A stretch of DNA of 64,000 nt, taken from contig CAVPLT010000005.1 of NCBI GenBank assembly GCA_963706325.1, forward strand, positions 290,454 to 354,453, written 5' to 3'. The notes beneath the pieces were generated by a model. That model saw only the letters and a program-made list of their open reading frames with translations. It did not search any database and had not been told where the DNA came from. A program made the translations under genes and the position numbers. This DNA comes from an uncultured Nitrospiraceae bacterium. GTDB lineage: Bacteria > Nitrospirota > Nitrospiria > Nitrospirales > Nitrospiraceae. Positions 53,208 to 61,469 of the stretch are shown one piece after another. Every line of letters begins with the position of its first letter. Within the stretch, counting starts at the first letter, position 1.

Positions 53208-54032
53208 TCAACGGGTGCTGCGAATCGGGACCTCTTTTTTGATTTCTCTACCATCTCTCAGTAAGTCCACTATCACAGTGTGTCCGGCGCTGCGCTCAAC
53301 AGAGTCCATAAAACTATGTACATCAGATATAGAGTACTCGCCGATTTGCCGGATTATATCTCCCCTAAATATGTCAGCGTGAAACGCAGGAGTACCATTT
53401 CCCACCACCACAACCTGAACGCCTTTGTTACTGCCTATCTGCTTCCGTTGCTCCTGTGAGAGGTCCTCGACTTTAGCTCCGAACCTCATGGGCTTTGCTT
53501 TCACCCAATAAGTGGCTCCATAGTCGTAGCGATCCACGTTATAAGGCATCATCGTGGTTCGGCTTCCATATGTTGTCGTGTTCGCAGTCCCAGAGTAGTT
53601 TCCTATGCCCCCTTGACCGAAGGTGGTACCTGATATCTGGGTCGTCGATGTTTGGGTATTTGGGACCGTTAGTGGGACCGCCCCTGAGTGGGTATGAGTG
53701 TAAGCACTATATAGAATAACTACAGCAGCGTGGATATCCTCGCCATGTGTGACTGCGTCCTTCTCATTTACGCGTCCTGCGTTAAAGGTCGAATAGCCTA
53801 TCTTGACGTAACCTTCCTGGAACATTCGTAAATCGTCAGCGGCTGGGGAGGTTCCCCTGATGACGGTAGGAGGATCTCCTGACAAAACTAATTCATTTTT
53901 GTGAGCTAGGACCTCTTCTGCTTTACTGCCTGTATAGAACTTGGCAAAGTTGTTTGTGCAGCCAGCCAGTGTCATTGTAAGAATCATTGCCGCTGCCTGC
54001 AGGACCGTTGTTCGCACAAGAACCTCCTTCAC
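53208..54032 (-). CDS. Lipoprotein with C-terminal PDZ domain
   Basis: LAGC lipobox; FGAKVEDL, GTPAFHADIFRGDII and LLRDGRE motifs. Confidence 0.85.
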   Translation of the reverse strand: MKEVLVRTTVLQAAAMILTMTLAGCTNNFAKFYTGSKAEEVLAHKNELVLSGDPPTVIRGTSPAADDLRMFQEGYVKIGYSTFNAGRVNEKDAVTHGEDIHAAVVILYSAYTHTHSGAVPLTVPNTQTSTTQISGTTFGQGGIGNYSGTANTTTYGSRTTMMPYNVDRYDYGATYWVKAKPMRFGAKVEDLSQEQRKQIGSNKGVQVVVVGNGTPAFHADIFRGDIIRQIGEYSISDVHSFMDSVERSAGHTVIVDLLRDGREIKKEVPIRSTR

Positions 54033-54228
54033 TGATAATGCAACGAGATTACAATGACTAGACGATAAGCTAACGGCCTAGGACAGTCTGCGTAGTAGGC
54101 TGGACTATATAGAGAGCGCCTTAAGTTGTACATAGTGCCATTAGGGCCGATAGATATCTTATTGTTGCCTTCTAGATAGCTGCCTATGGTGCCATTGAAC
54201 ATAGCCGCCAACTAACCCTTTATTGGTT

Positions 54229-54311
54229 CTAATAAGCGGCTTATGAAAGCTTATGAAGGCGTGAGTGGGGATGGGTTGTGGACCGCCAAGCTGAGTGCAA
54301 AAGAAGCGGTG
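54229..54311. repeat. Direct repeat, family 2, copy 2
   Basis: ctaataagcggcttatgaaagcttatgaaggcgtgagtggggatg...gaagcggtg. Confidence 0.8.
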
Positions 54312-54322
54312 ATTTGCACCGG

Positions 54323-54811
54323 TTATGAGTCACAAAGTTGTCGGTAGTGGCTATAAGCGTCCACGAGCGAAGACAGTCTGAGGAAGGGCTGAAACATCGA
54401 AGGTTTCCAACCAGTCGCCTCTTGGATAAAGCCGCCCTTTGTCATTCGGTCCCGACTCCATGCCTGATCTAGTACAGGCAACGTCAGCCAGTTTACGTGA
54501 TCGCCCGTCACTGCGTCCGTGGGCCATGTGAAATGATCCAGGAATGTTTTTTGTCCCTGTGTAAGCCCCTCATTGGCGAAAGGCATATAGCTGGGTAATC
54601 CACGCGGTCTCGGTTCCACATACCAGCGTATAGGGATAAGACCGTTTCTGTAGTCGCCAGTGCCAACCCGTGTAACCCACTCATCGAACAGTTCTAGCGC
54701 CGACGCATCGTCGATTGTGTAATCATCGGAAATCCAGCTCGCATCTATTTCGTAAATTGCCCACAGTTCCGTCTCAAATTTTCGCTCCCCCCGTTTTTTT
54801 GGTACCGCCAC
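54323..54811 (-). CDS. Trp-rich hypothetical protein
   Basis: 162 aa; FTWPTDAVTG..VNWLTLPV.D and GGFIQEATGWKPS. Confidence 0.7.
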   Translation of the reverse strand: MAVPKKRGERKFETELWAIYEIDASWISDDYTIDDASALELFDEWVTRVGTGDYRNGLIPIRWYVEPRPRGLPSYMPFANEGLTQGQKTFLDHFTWPTDAVTGDHVNWLTLPVLDQAWSRDRMTKGGFIQEATGWKPSMFQPFLRLSSLVDAYSHYRQLCDS

Positions 54812-54877
54812 AAGTTCACGTTAGGTACTCCCTTCTACAAGCGGTTTCTAAGCTGTTGGATCTAAATACAACTATTT

Positions 54878-54970
54878 AGTTGTCTATCGGCAGACAACTG
54901 AGCTTGACATACATAGGCATTCACTATATCTAGTGGGTATGTGATGTGATTACCACAATATGTTGTGGTT
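54878..54970 (+). promoter_or_regulatory. AT-rich divergent control region with TTGACA and palindromes
   Basis: agttgtct-N6-agacaact, TTGACA at 54904, cacta-tatc-tagtg, accacaa-tatg-ttgtggt. Confidence 0.55.
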
Positions 54971-55011
54971 ATTGGTGCCATTCATTCAGTTAGAAATACA
55001 AGGAGGATTCC

Positions 55012-56316
55012 ATGCATATGAGCGGCAATTCAGCTGTTGGCGAACGATCGAGAGCTTTGCTTAACAATTCATCATACCCGCAAATACAGCATGGTCAACC
55101 CCCAAGTTGCTGGCCCACACTGAAACCAGAGGCACTTGATGGCTTGGCCGGAGAGATCGTCCGGGAACTGGATCAGTACACCGAAGCGGACCCGGTGGCG
55201 GTCCTCGCTCACCTCTTGGCCCAGCTCTCCTGCTATATCGGTAAGTCTCCAGCGCCTGAAGTGTTGCTGGGAGGAGTGGGCAGTCCGCTTGCATTTTGGC
55301 CTGTCGTAATCGGCGATACGAGTAAGGCGCGTAAGGGTACTGCGGCTAAGGAAGCAGAGGGAGCCTTCGAGAGGTCATTTCCGGGATGGTCCAAAGACCA
55401 ATTGCGAGGCAATCTCTCCAGCGGTGAAGGCCTTGCCTATGCGGTGCGGGACGCTGGCTGCGAGCCAGGAGACGAAGGGATCCAGGACAAGCGGCTCTAC
55501 CTCGTGCAGCCCGAATTTGGCAGCATGCTCAAGCTGATGGGGCGTGAAGGCAATAGCTTATCAGGAATTATCCGTGACGCCTGGGACGGGGTAGATTTAG
55601 CTCCTCTTACGAAGAATTCACGAGTTCGAGCCACCAAGCCTCACATTGTCATCGTAGGTCACGTCACGAAAGAGGAATTACGCAAGGAGCTTAAAGCCGT
55701 TGAGCAATGCAACGGTTTTGGCAATCGTTTTGTCTGGCTGGCGGTTCATCGATCAAAGGTCCTAACTTTTCCTCCACCTCGGGATGAACGACGCCTCGAT
55801 GAGCTAGCTACCCGCCTCAAGGAGGTCGGCGGGTTTGCCCAAAACGTCAGGTCCGTCGGCTGGTCGTCGGATGGGAAAGACGCCTGGGCTAGCGTGTATC
55901 CGGTACTGTCGGAAGGAAAGCCTGGATATGTGGGAGCCCTTCTCGGAAGAGCGGAGGCGCACGTCGGGCGATTGGCTGCGCTGTATGCCTTGCTCGACCA
56001 AAAGTCTGAGATCGAAGCCTGTCACGTCCAATCTGCATTGGCGATATGGGAACACTCGGAAGTGTCCGCTGAGTGGATCTTTGGTCATGCAGATCAGATT
56101 GCAGAGCAAGAGAACAAGCTGCTCCGTGAGCTGGTGCGTTCTCGTCAGCTCACCGATTCAGATGTCAGCAAATTATTCGGGCACAACCTCGCGAGCGACA
56201 AGCTTGGACGGCTTAAAGATTCGTTGGTCAGCCAAGGTCTCGCGCACCACGAAACGGCGTCCACCGGAGGAAGGCCGATGCAGATCTGGAAGTCGGGGCC
56301 ACGCGTGACCGGGTAG
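55012..56316 (+). CDS. DUF3987/YfjI-family replication-associated P-loop protein
   Basis: GLAGEIV...TEADP, VIGDTSKARKGT, LSSGEGL, EFGSML, RDAWDG and NGFGNRF motifs; AGGAGG RBS. Confidence 0.85.
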   Translation: MHMSGNSAVGERSRALLNNSSYPQIQHGQPPSCWPTLKPEALDGLAGEIVRELDQYTEADPVAVLAHLLAQLSCYIGKSPAPEVLLGGVGSPLAFWPVVIGDTSKARKGTAAKEAEGAFERSFPGWSKDQLRGNLSSGEGLAYAVRDAGCEPGDEGIQDKRLYLVQPEFGSMLKLMGREGNSLSGIIRDAWDGVDLAPLTKNSRVRATKPHIVIVGHVTKEELRKELKAVEQCNGFGNRFVWLAVHRSKVLTFPPPRDERRLDELATRLKEVGGFAQNVRSVGWSSDGKDAWASVYPVLSEGKPGYVGALLGRAEAHVGRLAALYALLDQKSEIEACHVQSALAIWEHSEVSAEWIFGHADQIAEQENKLLRELVRSRQLTDSDVSKLFGHNLASDKLGRLKDSLVSQGLAHHETASTGGRPMQIWKSGPRVTG

Positions 56317-56336
56317 GCATCAGGGAGGGGATATTT

Positions 56337-56468
56337 CTTTTTTCGTAGACCTTAGGTGCAGAGTGCTGAGAGTTCACTACTCAATAGAAAAATCAGTAAG
56401 TAAGACAATGGCGAGACATATGAAGACTTGCGGATTCACACATACGGGCTACGAAAGAACGAAAAAAG
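56337..56468. repeat. Inverted iteron-like repeats (candidate origin)
   Basis: cttttttcgtag (56337-56348) faces ctacgaaagaacgaaaaaag (56449-56468) across an A-rich spacer. Confidence 0.55.
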
Positions 56469-56865
56469 TGTCTCAGGTCCTCGTCCCAGTGAAGCGCAAC
56501 GATGTGTAAGCCGAAGGGTGAGCCTGCTCCTCTTTCGCAGGCGAACCCTGAGGCCTCCTCTCTTCGTCGGCCAGGCCGACCATGAGGCAGCTAGGCACAT
56601 GTTTTAGCATAAAGACCCGCAATGGCTAGGTAGGCATGGGCCTGCGGGATTGATCAGAAAAACATTACGAAACGATAACAAAATCTGAAAGGAAGGGTAC
56701 CCACATGCAGCATCACTCTCGCAAAGATGGCAATACGCGCCAAGTGCCTAGATTGTTCCTGCGGACAGCCAAAGGAAGTGCGGCTCTGTCCCATGACCAC
56801 GTGCGCTCTGTGGCCTTACCGAATGGGTAAGCGCTCAAAAGAGATGAGCGGGAGCGAGGCTAGCC

Positions 56866-57075
56866 ATGAATGAGCAGGCTGCGTTGAAGAAGCTTATAGG
56901 CGTAGTGGAGGCCGCACAGTACACAGGCCTATCCGTGCATACCGTTTATGCGATGGTCAGCCAGCGGCGTATCCCGCATGTAAAAGTGGGCCGACTGGTC
57001 AAGTTCGATGTGGCCATGCTGGATGCGTGGATACGGAAGAACACCGTGATGCCTATGCCACCAAGACGCGCATAG
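56866..57075 (+). CDS. xis: Excisionase / HTH_17 DNA-binding protein
   Basis: LIGVVEAAQYTGLSVHTVYAMVSQRRIPHVKVGRLVKFD. Confidence 0.88.
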   Translation: MNEQAALKKLIGVVEAAQYTGLSVHTVYAMVSQRRIPHVKVGRLVKFDVAMLDAWIRKNTVMPMPPRRA

Positions 57076-57141
57076 ATCGCGAGATACGAGGCGGACGGGG
57101 TGCCAGTCGTGGCCCCGCCGCCGCCCAGCTTTGTTAGCGGG

Positions 57142-57270
57142 CTATTGCAGAAGATTAAGGGTCAATATACCCAAGGCGAGAACGAGACTCGCCACTGCGA
57201 GCCAGCGGTACCAGCGGTTATTGTAGTCGGTCTTGTCGAAGGTGTCCGTGTAGCGATTGCGTCCGTTCAT
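57142..57270 (-). CDS. 42-aa membrane micro-protein, copy 3 (not in ORF track)
   Basis: MNGRNRYTDTFDKTDYNNRWYRWLAVASLVLALGILTLNLLQ; AAGGGAG RBS; TAGAAT 21 nt upstream. Confidence 0.85.
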   Translation of the reverse strand: MNGRNRYTDTFDKTDYNNRWYRWLAVASLVLALGILTLNLLQ

Positions 57271-57343
57271 CTGATTACTCCCTTGAGAGCCATTCTACGG
57301 CACAGTGTGGCATGAAAAAAACCCCACGAAGGTCGGATTAAGA

Positions 57344-57378
57344 TTGACAGCGAGGTGTATCTTTATATACCATCCATT
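57344..57378 (+). promoter_or_regulatory. Promoter for the XRE-integrase unit, probably leaderless
   Basis: TTGACA-18-TACCAT, ATG 5 nt later, with gtgtat-cttt-atatac palindrome in the spacer. Confidence 0.6.
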
Positions 57379-57591
57379 ATGCTCACACAGTTGAAGAAAT
57401 GGCGAGAAAAGCGGGGGTTCTCCGTGCGCAAGCTTGGGGAATTAGCAGGTGTTACCCATGTGACTGTCGTGCGCATGGAATCAGGCAAGCTGGACCCGCG
57501 CCTCTCAACGGTCCTCAGACTGTGTAGGGCATTAGGCATTACGGTGGATCAACTGTTAGGCGTGGCCACTGAGCCACGGAAAGGTAGGTAG
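57379..57591 (+). CDS. XRE-family HTH regulator
   Basis: LKKWREKRGFSVRKLGELAGV...RMESGK.DPRLSTV..LC.ALG. Confidence 0.9.
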   Translation: MLTQLKKWREKRGFSVRKLGELAGVTHVTVVRMESGKLDPRLSTVLRLCRALGITVDQLLGVATEPRKGR

Positions 57592-57595
57592 TCCG

Positions 57596-58714
57596 ATGGG
57601 ACTGACTAGACGGAAGGACAGCTATTATGTCGAGTTTCGAGTGCTCGACGATGGCAAGGCGCTGAGGCTAGCCCATGAAGGTGCGGGGGGAAGGCTGAAG
57701 CGGTGGAAAGTTGGATCGCTCAATAAGACCCTGGCTAAACAACACGAGTCGATCATTAAGACGGACTTGATGAAAGGCAGCATTACAACTGACCAGGCCA
57801 AACTTGTTCGGTTTAAGGAATGGGGATTTCGCTACTTAGAGCTGGAAGAGGTTCGGCGCTTACGGTCTTTTCGAGACCGAGATAGGATTCTCAGGCACCA
57901 CCTAATACCCTATTTCGGCGCTTTGGCCTTGTCTGAGATCAAGCCAGACGACGTTGAGCAGTATCGAAGCCAGCGGCGTAAACAAAATGGTGACGCGCCT
58001 ACACTCCAGACCGTAAACAATGACCATATTATTCTGAAGCATTGCCTCAACGTAGCGATTCGACGCGGATTGCTCGTGAGTAATCCCGCTTCCAAAGTGC
58101 CCCTACCGGACCCTCATAATGAACGAGACCGTGTGTTAACAGAGGGTGAGTGGGAACGCTTGCACGAGGCAGCGGCTCCGCACCTCAAGCCCATGCTCCT
58201 GCTGGCCTACCATCTAGGGCAACGCTTTGGAGAGATTACTAATTTGACGTGGGACCGCGTGGACCTTCAGCGGGGGTTCATTACCCTGCGTTCCATTGAT
58301 ACTAAGACTAAAAAGGCGAGACAGGTTCCACTCACACCCGCCGTACGGTTAGCCTTGAGCGAGTTAGCCAAGGTGCGGCGTCTGAATACGAACCATGTCT
58401 TTGTGTATGATGGGCAACCCATTAAGAGCATTAAGACTAGATTCAGGAGAGCTAAACGGGTCTCGGGGGTCAATGGCTTCCGCTTCCATGACCTACGACA
58501 TTGTGCAGCAACGAACCTGAGAAGGGCTGGAGTTGATACAGCCACGGCGATGCGGATTGTGGGTCACAAGTCCGAGAAGATGTGGAAGCGGTATAACGCG
58601 ATCGACGAGAAGGACCTTACTAAGGCAGCCTCCAGGCTCAACACTTACCTTGAAGCTAACACGGTATTAACACCTGCCGATTCCGCCGCAGCTTCAGTCC
58701 CTGTAACTGCTTGA
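57596..58714 (+). CDS. int: Tyrosine recombinase / integrase (intact)
   Basis: LGQRFGEI (R), TKT (K), FHDLRH, VGHK and KRY catalytic set; ends 5 bp from the tRNA CCA. Confidence 0.95.
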   Translation: MGLTRRKDSYYVEFRVLDDGKALRLAHEGAGGRLKRWKVGSLNKTLAKQHESIIKTDLMKGSITTDQAKLVRFKEWGFRYLELEEVRRLRSFRDRDRILRHHLIPYFGALALSEIKPDDVEQYRSQRRKQNGDAPTLQTVNNDHIILKHCLNVAIRRGLLVSNPASKVPLPDPHNERDRVLTEGEWERLHEAAAPHLKPMLLLAYHLGQRFGEITNLTWDRVDLQRGFITLRSIDTKTKKARQVPLTPAVRLALSELAKVRRLNTNHVFVYDGQPIKSIKTRFRRAKRVSGVNGFRFHDLRHCAATNLRRAGVDTATAMRIVGHKSEKMWKRYNAIDEKDLTKAASRLNTYLEANTVLTPADSAAASVPVTA

Positions 58715-58719
58715 TAAAT

Positions 58720-58796
58720 TGGTGCCCCCGACACGAATTGAACGTGCGACCCGCGGTTTAGGAAACCGCTGCTCTATCCAACTGAGCTACGGGGGC
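58720..58796 (-). tRNA. tRNA-Arg(CCT)
   Basis: GCCCCCG...CGGGGGC-ACCA; anticodon arm GCGGT-TTCCTAA-ACCGC. Confidence 0.97.
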
Positions 58797-58822
58797 AAGG
58801 TTGATTTCAATGGTTTATATTC

Positions 58823-59931
58823 CTACTGCTCTGCTGCAGATTCGTCAAGTGTTTCCGGCGTGTTCTGCTTGGAGAGGTACATGTGCACCTTTGAGCGGCT
58901 TGCGTCAAGTCCCGTTCTTCGATGGCATTGTACCGCTTCCACATCTTCTCTGACTTATGGCCTACGATCTTCATTGCCGTCGCTGTGTCCACGCCTGCTC
59001 GGCGAGGTTGGTCGAGGCACAGTGCCGAAGATCGTGGAATCGAAAGTCTTGATCCTGCGTCCTTCAACGCCGTGCGGAATGAGCGACTAATGCGTTGAAG
59101 AGGTCGTCCCTTGTATAGTGAAGACGTGGCGTGTCGTCAAGACTTCGCACTTTAGCGAGCCGCTGCAACGTGGTTTTCACATCAGGGGTCATCGGCACTT
59201 GCCGAGCGCTTTTCGTCTTGGTGTCAGTCGCCCGCAGGATAATAAATCCTCGCTTGAGGTCTACTCGATCCCAGGTCAATTGACAATCTCACCGAACCGC
59301 TGCCCAAGTGGTACGCAGTCAACAACAGCGGTCTCAGATGCGGCTTCGCGCCTGATAGAGCTTCGCCCATTCTTCCTCAGTCAATATTCTCTCTCGCGCG
59401 TTCTGAGGGTCTGGCATGGCCACCCGTGCGGCAGGATTCTCTGAAGCAGTCCACGTCGGATTGCGACATTTAGGCAATGTTTTAATACAGTGTGATCGTT
59501 GTTTACGGTCTGTAGGCTAGCCGGCTTGCCATCACGTTTCTTCCGCTGTCCTCGGAAGTTTCAACGTCTGATGCTCTGATCTCCGGATAACTTTTCCCGA
59601 AGAAGGGGACCAACTGACGTTCGATGATTTCGACTCGATCGTGATAGCTTCGGAGCGCCTTTCGCTTCTCCAATTCTAGGTACGTCTTAGCCCACTCCTT
59701 GAACAAAAATCGGCTTGGCCGTCGCTTAGTGATCTTTGTCCAAGAAGGAGATGCGTGTCTTGATGGCCGCTTCCATGTCTCGGGCAGTGTCTTATTAAGA
59801 CTGCCCACCTTCCACCGTTTCTTCCTCGCTCCTGGTACTCCGCTCGCCAGGCGACAAGAGTCTTCCCGTCGTCGCGGTCGAGGACACGAAACTCGACGTA
59901 GTAGCTATCAGCTCGTTTCGTTAGATCCCAT
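58823..59931 (-). pseudogene. Second tyrosine integrase, homologous to 57596, many indels
   Basis: DSYYVEFRVLD, KVGSLNKT, FKEWAKTYLELE, LTWDRVDLKRGFI.LR..DTKTK and RRAGVDTATAMKIVGHKSEKMWKRYNAIEE in shifting frames. Confidence 0.9.
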
Positions 59932-59943
59932 ATATTCGTCCTC

Positions 59944-60200
59944 TCACTCCTCCGAAGCTGCTAGAGCATGCGTCCTTGTTATCCTGAGTCGCGCGACCTT
60001 CCAAGGAAGCTTCTGCGTCTCGACCCGTGCCTTAACAGTGTGTTGATCGATCCAATTGTCCAGGTCGTGCTGTTTGAATTTATGCAGGCGTCCTATCTTG
60101 ACGAAAGCCAAGCCTCCGCAGCCGAGACCCAACCGTAGAGGGTCAATTTTGATATGCCTAAATACTCCGATGCCTCAACCATTGTCAAAAGCCTGCTCAT
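59944..60200 (-). pseudogene. Excisionase, frameshifted near 60115
   Basis: MSRLLTMVEASEYLGISKLTLYGWVSA + FVKIGRLHKFKQHDLDNWIDQHTV. Confidence 0.8.
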
Positions 60201-60463
60201 GATCACTCCAGGAAAATTTTGTTGTCTGTATCCCGCCGAGATCTGTCCTATTCCCGCCTGACATCCATGCCGCCTACCAGACGGCCCGGGTTGAAGAGAA
60301 TTCCACAGCGGGTGCGATCCGTGGCCGGAGAGCAGGGGACAGGCCTTCCCGGTCTCCGGTTGTCCAGGCCTGCCCACTGCGAGAGCCCCGTGTCCGCCCT
60401 CTCTACGCCCCACCCTCTGTTGGTGAAGGGTGGGGCTACATAGTCTTGAAGAAGGAGGCGGAC

Positions 60464-60965
60464 ATGTCCGGTGATAGTTCTCTCGGTTCCTCGAACGGTG
60501 GACGGCCATTGAACCCGGTTCGGAAATACGGTGTACCTCGGTACCGCGTCACGCTCGTGCGGGAAGGCCGTGCCATTCCGGCGGCTGAATGGGTGCATAC
60601 ATCGGAGGGCGCGGCCGCGATCCTCCGCACCCTTGTTCGCTGGCTTGGATCGGGAGCAGTTCCTGATCTGTGGCCTGGATGCGAAACATGGGCTCATCGG
60701 CATCAATGTCGTGTCCACCTGGGTCGCTGACCTTGGCCATCGTCCATTCGCGTGAAGTGTTCAAGCCGCTGATCCTGATGAATGCCGGGGCCTGATCTGT
60801 GCCCACAATCACCCCTCCGGGGGATATCACGCCAAGCCCGGAAGATTGTGTCCTGACGAACGACTGCGCGAAGCTGCAGACCTGTTCGGCATTCCGCTCG
60901 ATCATCTCGTCTCGGCGGAAGAACGCTACTACAGCTTCGCCGACCAGGGTTGGCCGGGCGCTTAG
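60464..60965 (+). pseudogene. RadC/JAB-domain protein, frameshifted
   Basis: RYRVTLVREG, LDREQFLICGLDAKH.LIGINVVS, VHSREVFKP, AHNHPSGD..PS.ED, LDHL and YYSFAD; AGGAGG RBS. Confidence 0.85.
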
Positions 60966-61090
60966 CGCAGAAACCGTAACACCCAGGCGGCCCCGGCAGC
61001 CACTAACGCGAGTCCAATCGCGGCCGTCCCCCAAGCGACTAGGTCGGTCGCCAACGCATTGGCGATGGTGTGAATTTGTTGCGCCGTCAT
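60962..61090 (-). CDS. 42-aa coat-like protein without signal peptide (paralog of the pVIII-like gene)
   Basis: MTAQQIHTIANALATDLVAWGTAAIGLALVAAGAAWVLRFLR; AAGGAG RBS. Confidence 0.7.
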   Translation of the reverse strand: MTAQQIHTIANALATDLVAWGTAAIGLALVAAGAAWVLRFLR

Positions 61091-61143
61091 CCTTGATCTC
61101 CTTCGCCGTTGCCCTATTCATGCTGGCGAGTGATGCGAGAAAG

Positions 61144-61169
61144 GAGGCAGGCTGCTGCCAGCCTGCCTC
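61144..61169 (-). terminator. Hairpin after the major-coat-like gene
   Basis: gaggcaggctg-ctgc-cagcctgcctc followed by CTTT on the minus strand. Confidence 0.7.
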
Positions 61170-61177
61170 GATGGGCA

Positions 61178-61394
61178 TTACCCGCCCACAATCGCCTTTA
61201 CGCGCTTAAAGGCATAGATGGCCAACGCCACCCCAATCAGGGCCGCCGCCCACAAGAGCAGATCGGCCCGCACCGTGGCCACATCTGCGGAGACCGGAAA
61301 CAAACTGCGCGAACGACAACGCTGGTACGCCCAATGCGAAGACCAACGCCATCAGGAACCCGGTGACTCCCTTCACCCATCCCAAAGCCCTCAT
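61178..61394 (-). CDS. Inovirus major coat protein (pVIII-like), one-base frameshift near 61302
   Basis: Removing one T gives MRALGWVKGVTGFLMALVFALGVPALSFA|QLFPVSADVATVRADLLLWAAALIGVALAIYAFKRVKAIVGG; AAGGAGGT RBS. Confidence 0.7.
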
Positions 61395-61469
61395 AGAGCA
61401 CCTCCTTGTGCATCTGGTGGAGTCGTCCACCCGCGCCGCCGAAATCTCGCCGATTCGACCAGTTCGTGA

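Larger units (their letters stand above)
43942..58767. mobile_element. tRNA-Arg(CCT)-integrated satellite-like element, about 14.8 kb
   Basis: Intact integrase abutting the tRNA 3' end, Xis, XRE and DUF3987; distal att repeat; no capsid or conjugation genes seen. Confidence 0.88.

Noticed and set aside
44118..54311. Repeats as integron attC sites or a CRISPR array
   Set aside because: GTTAG occurs on the minus strand, but there is no complementary RYYYAAC box or long palindrome, and the integrase lacks IntI features. Spacing is irregular and kb-scale, and no cas genes are present.
57100..57315. ORF-track 71-aa plus-strand ORF
   Set aside because: Antisense shadow of the 42-aa micro-protein, which has an RBS, a promoter and paralogs.
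58719..59090. 123-aa plus-strand ORF
   Set aside because: Antisense to tRNA-Arg and the second integrase.
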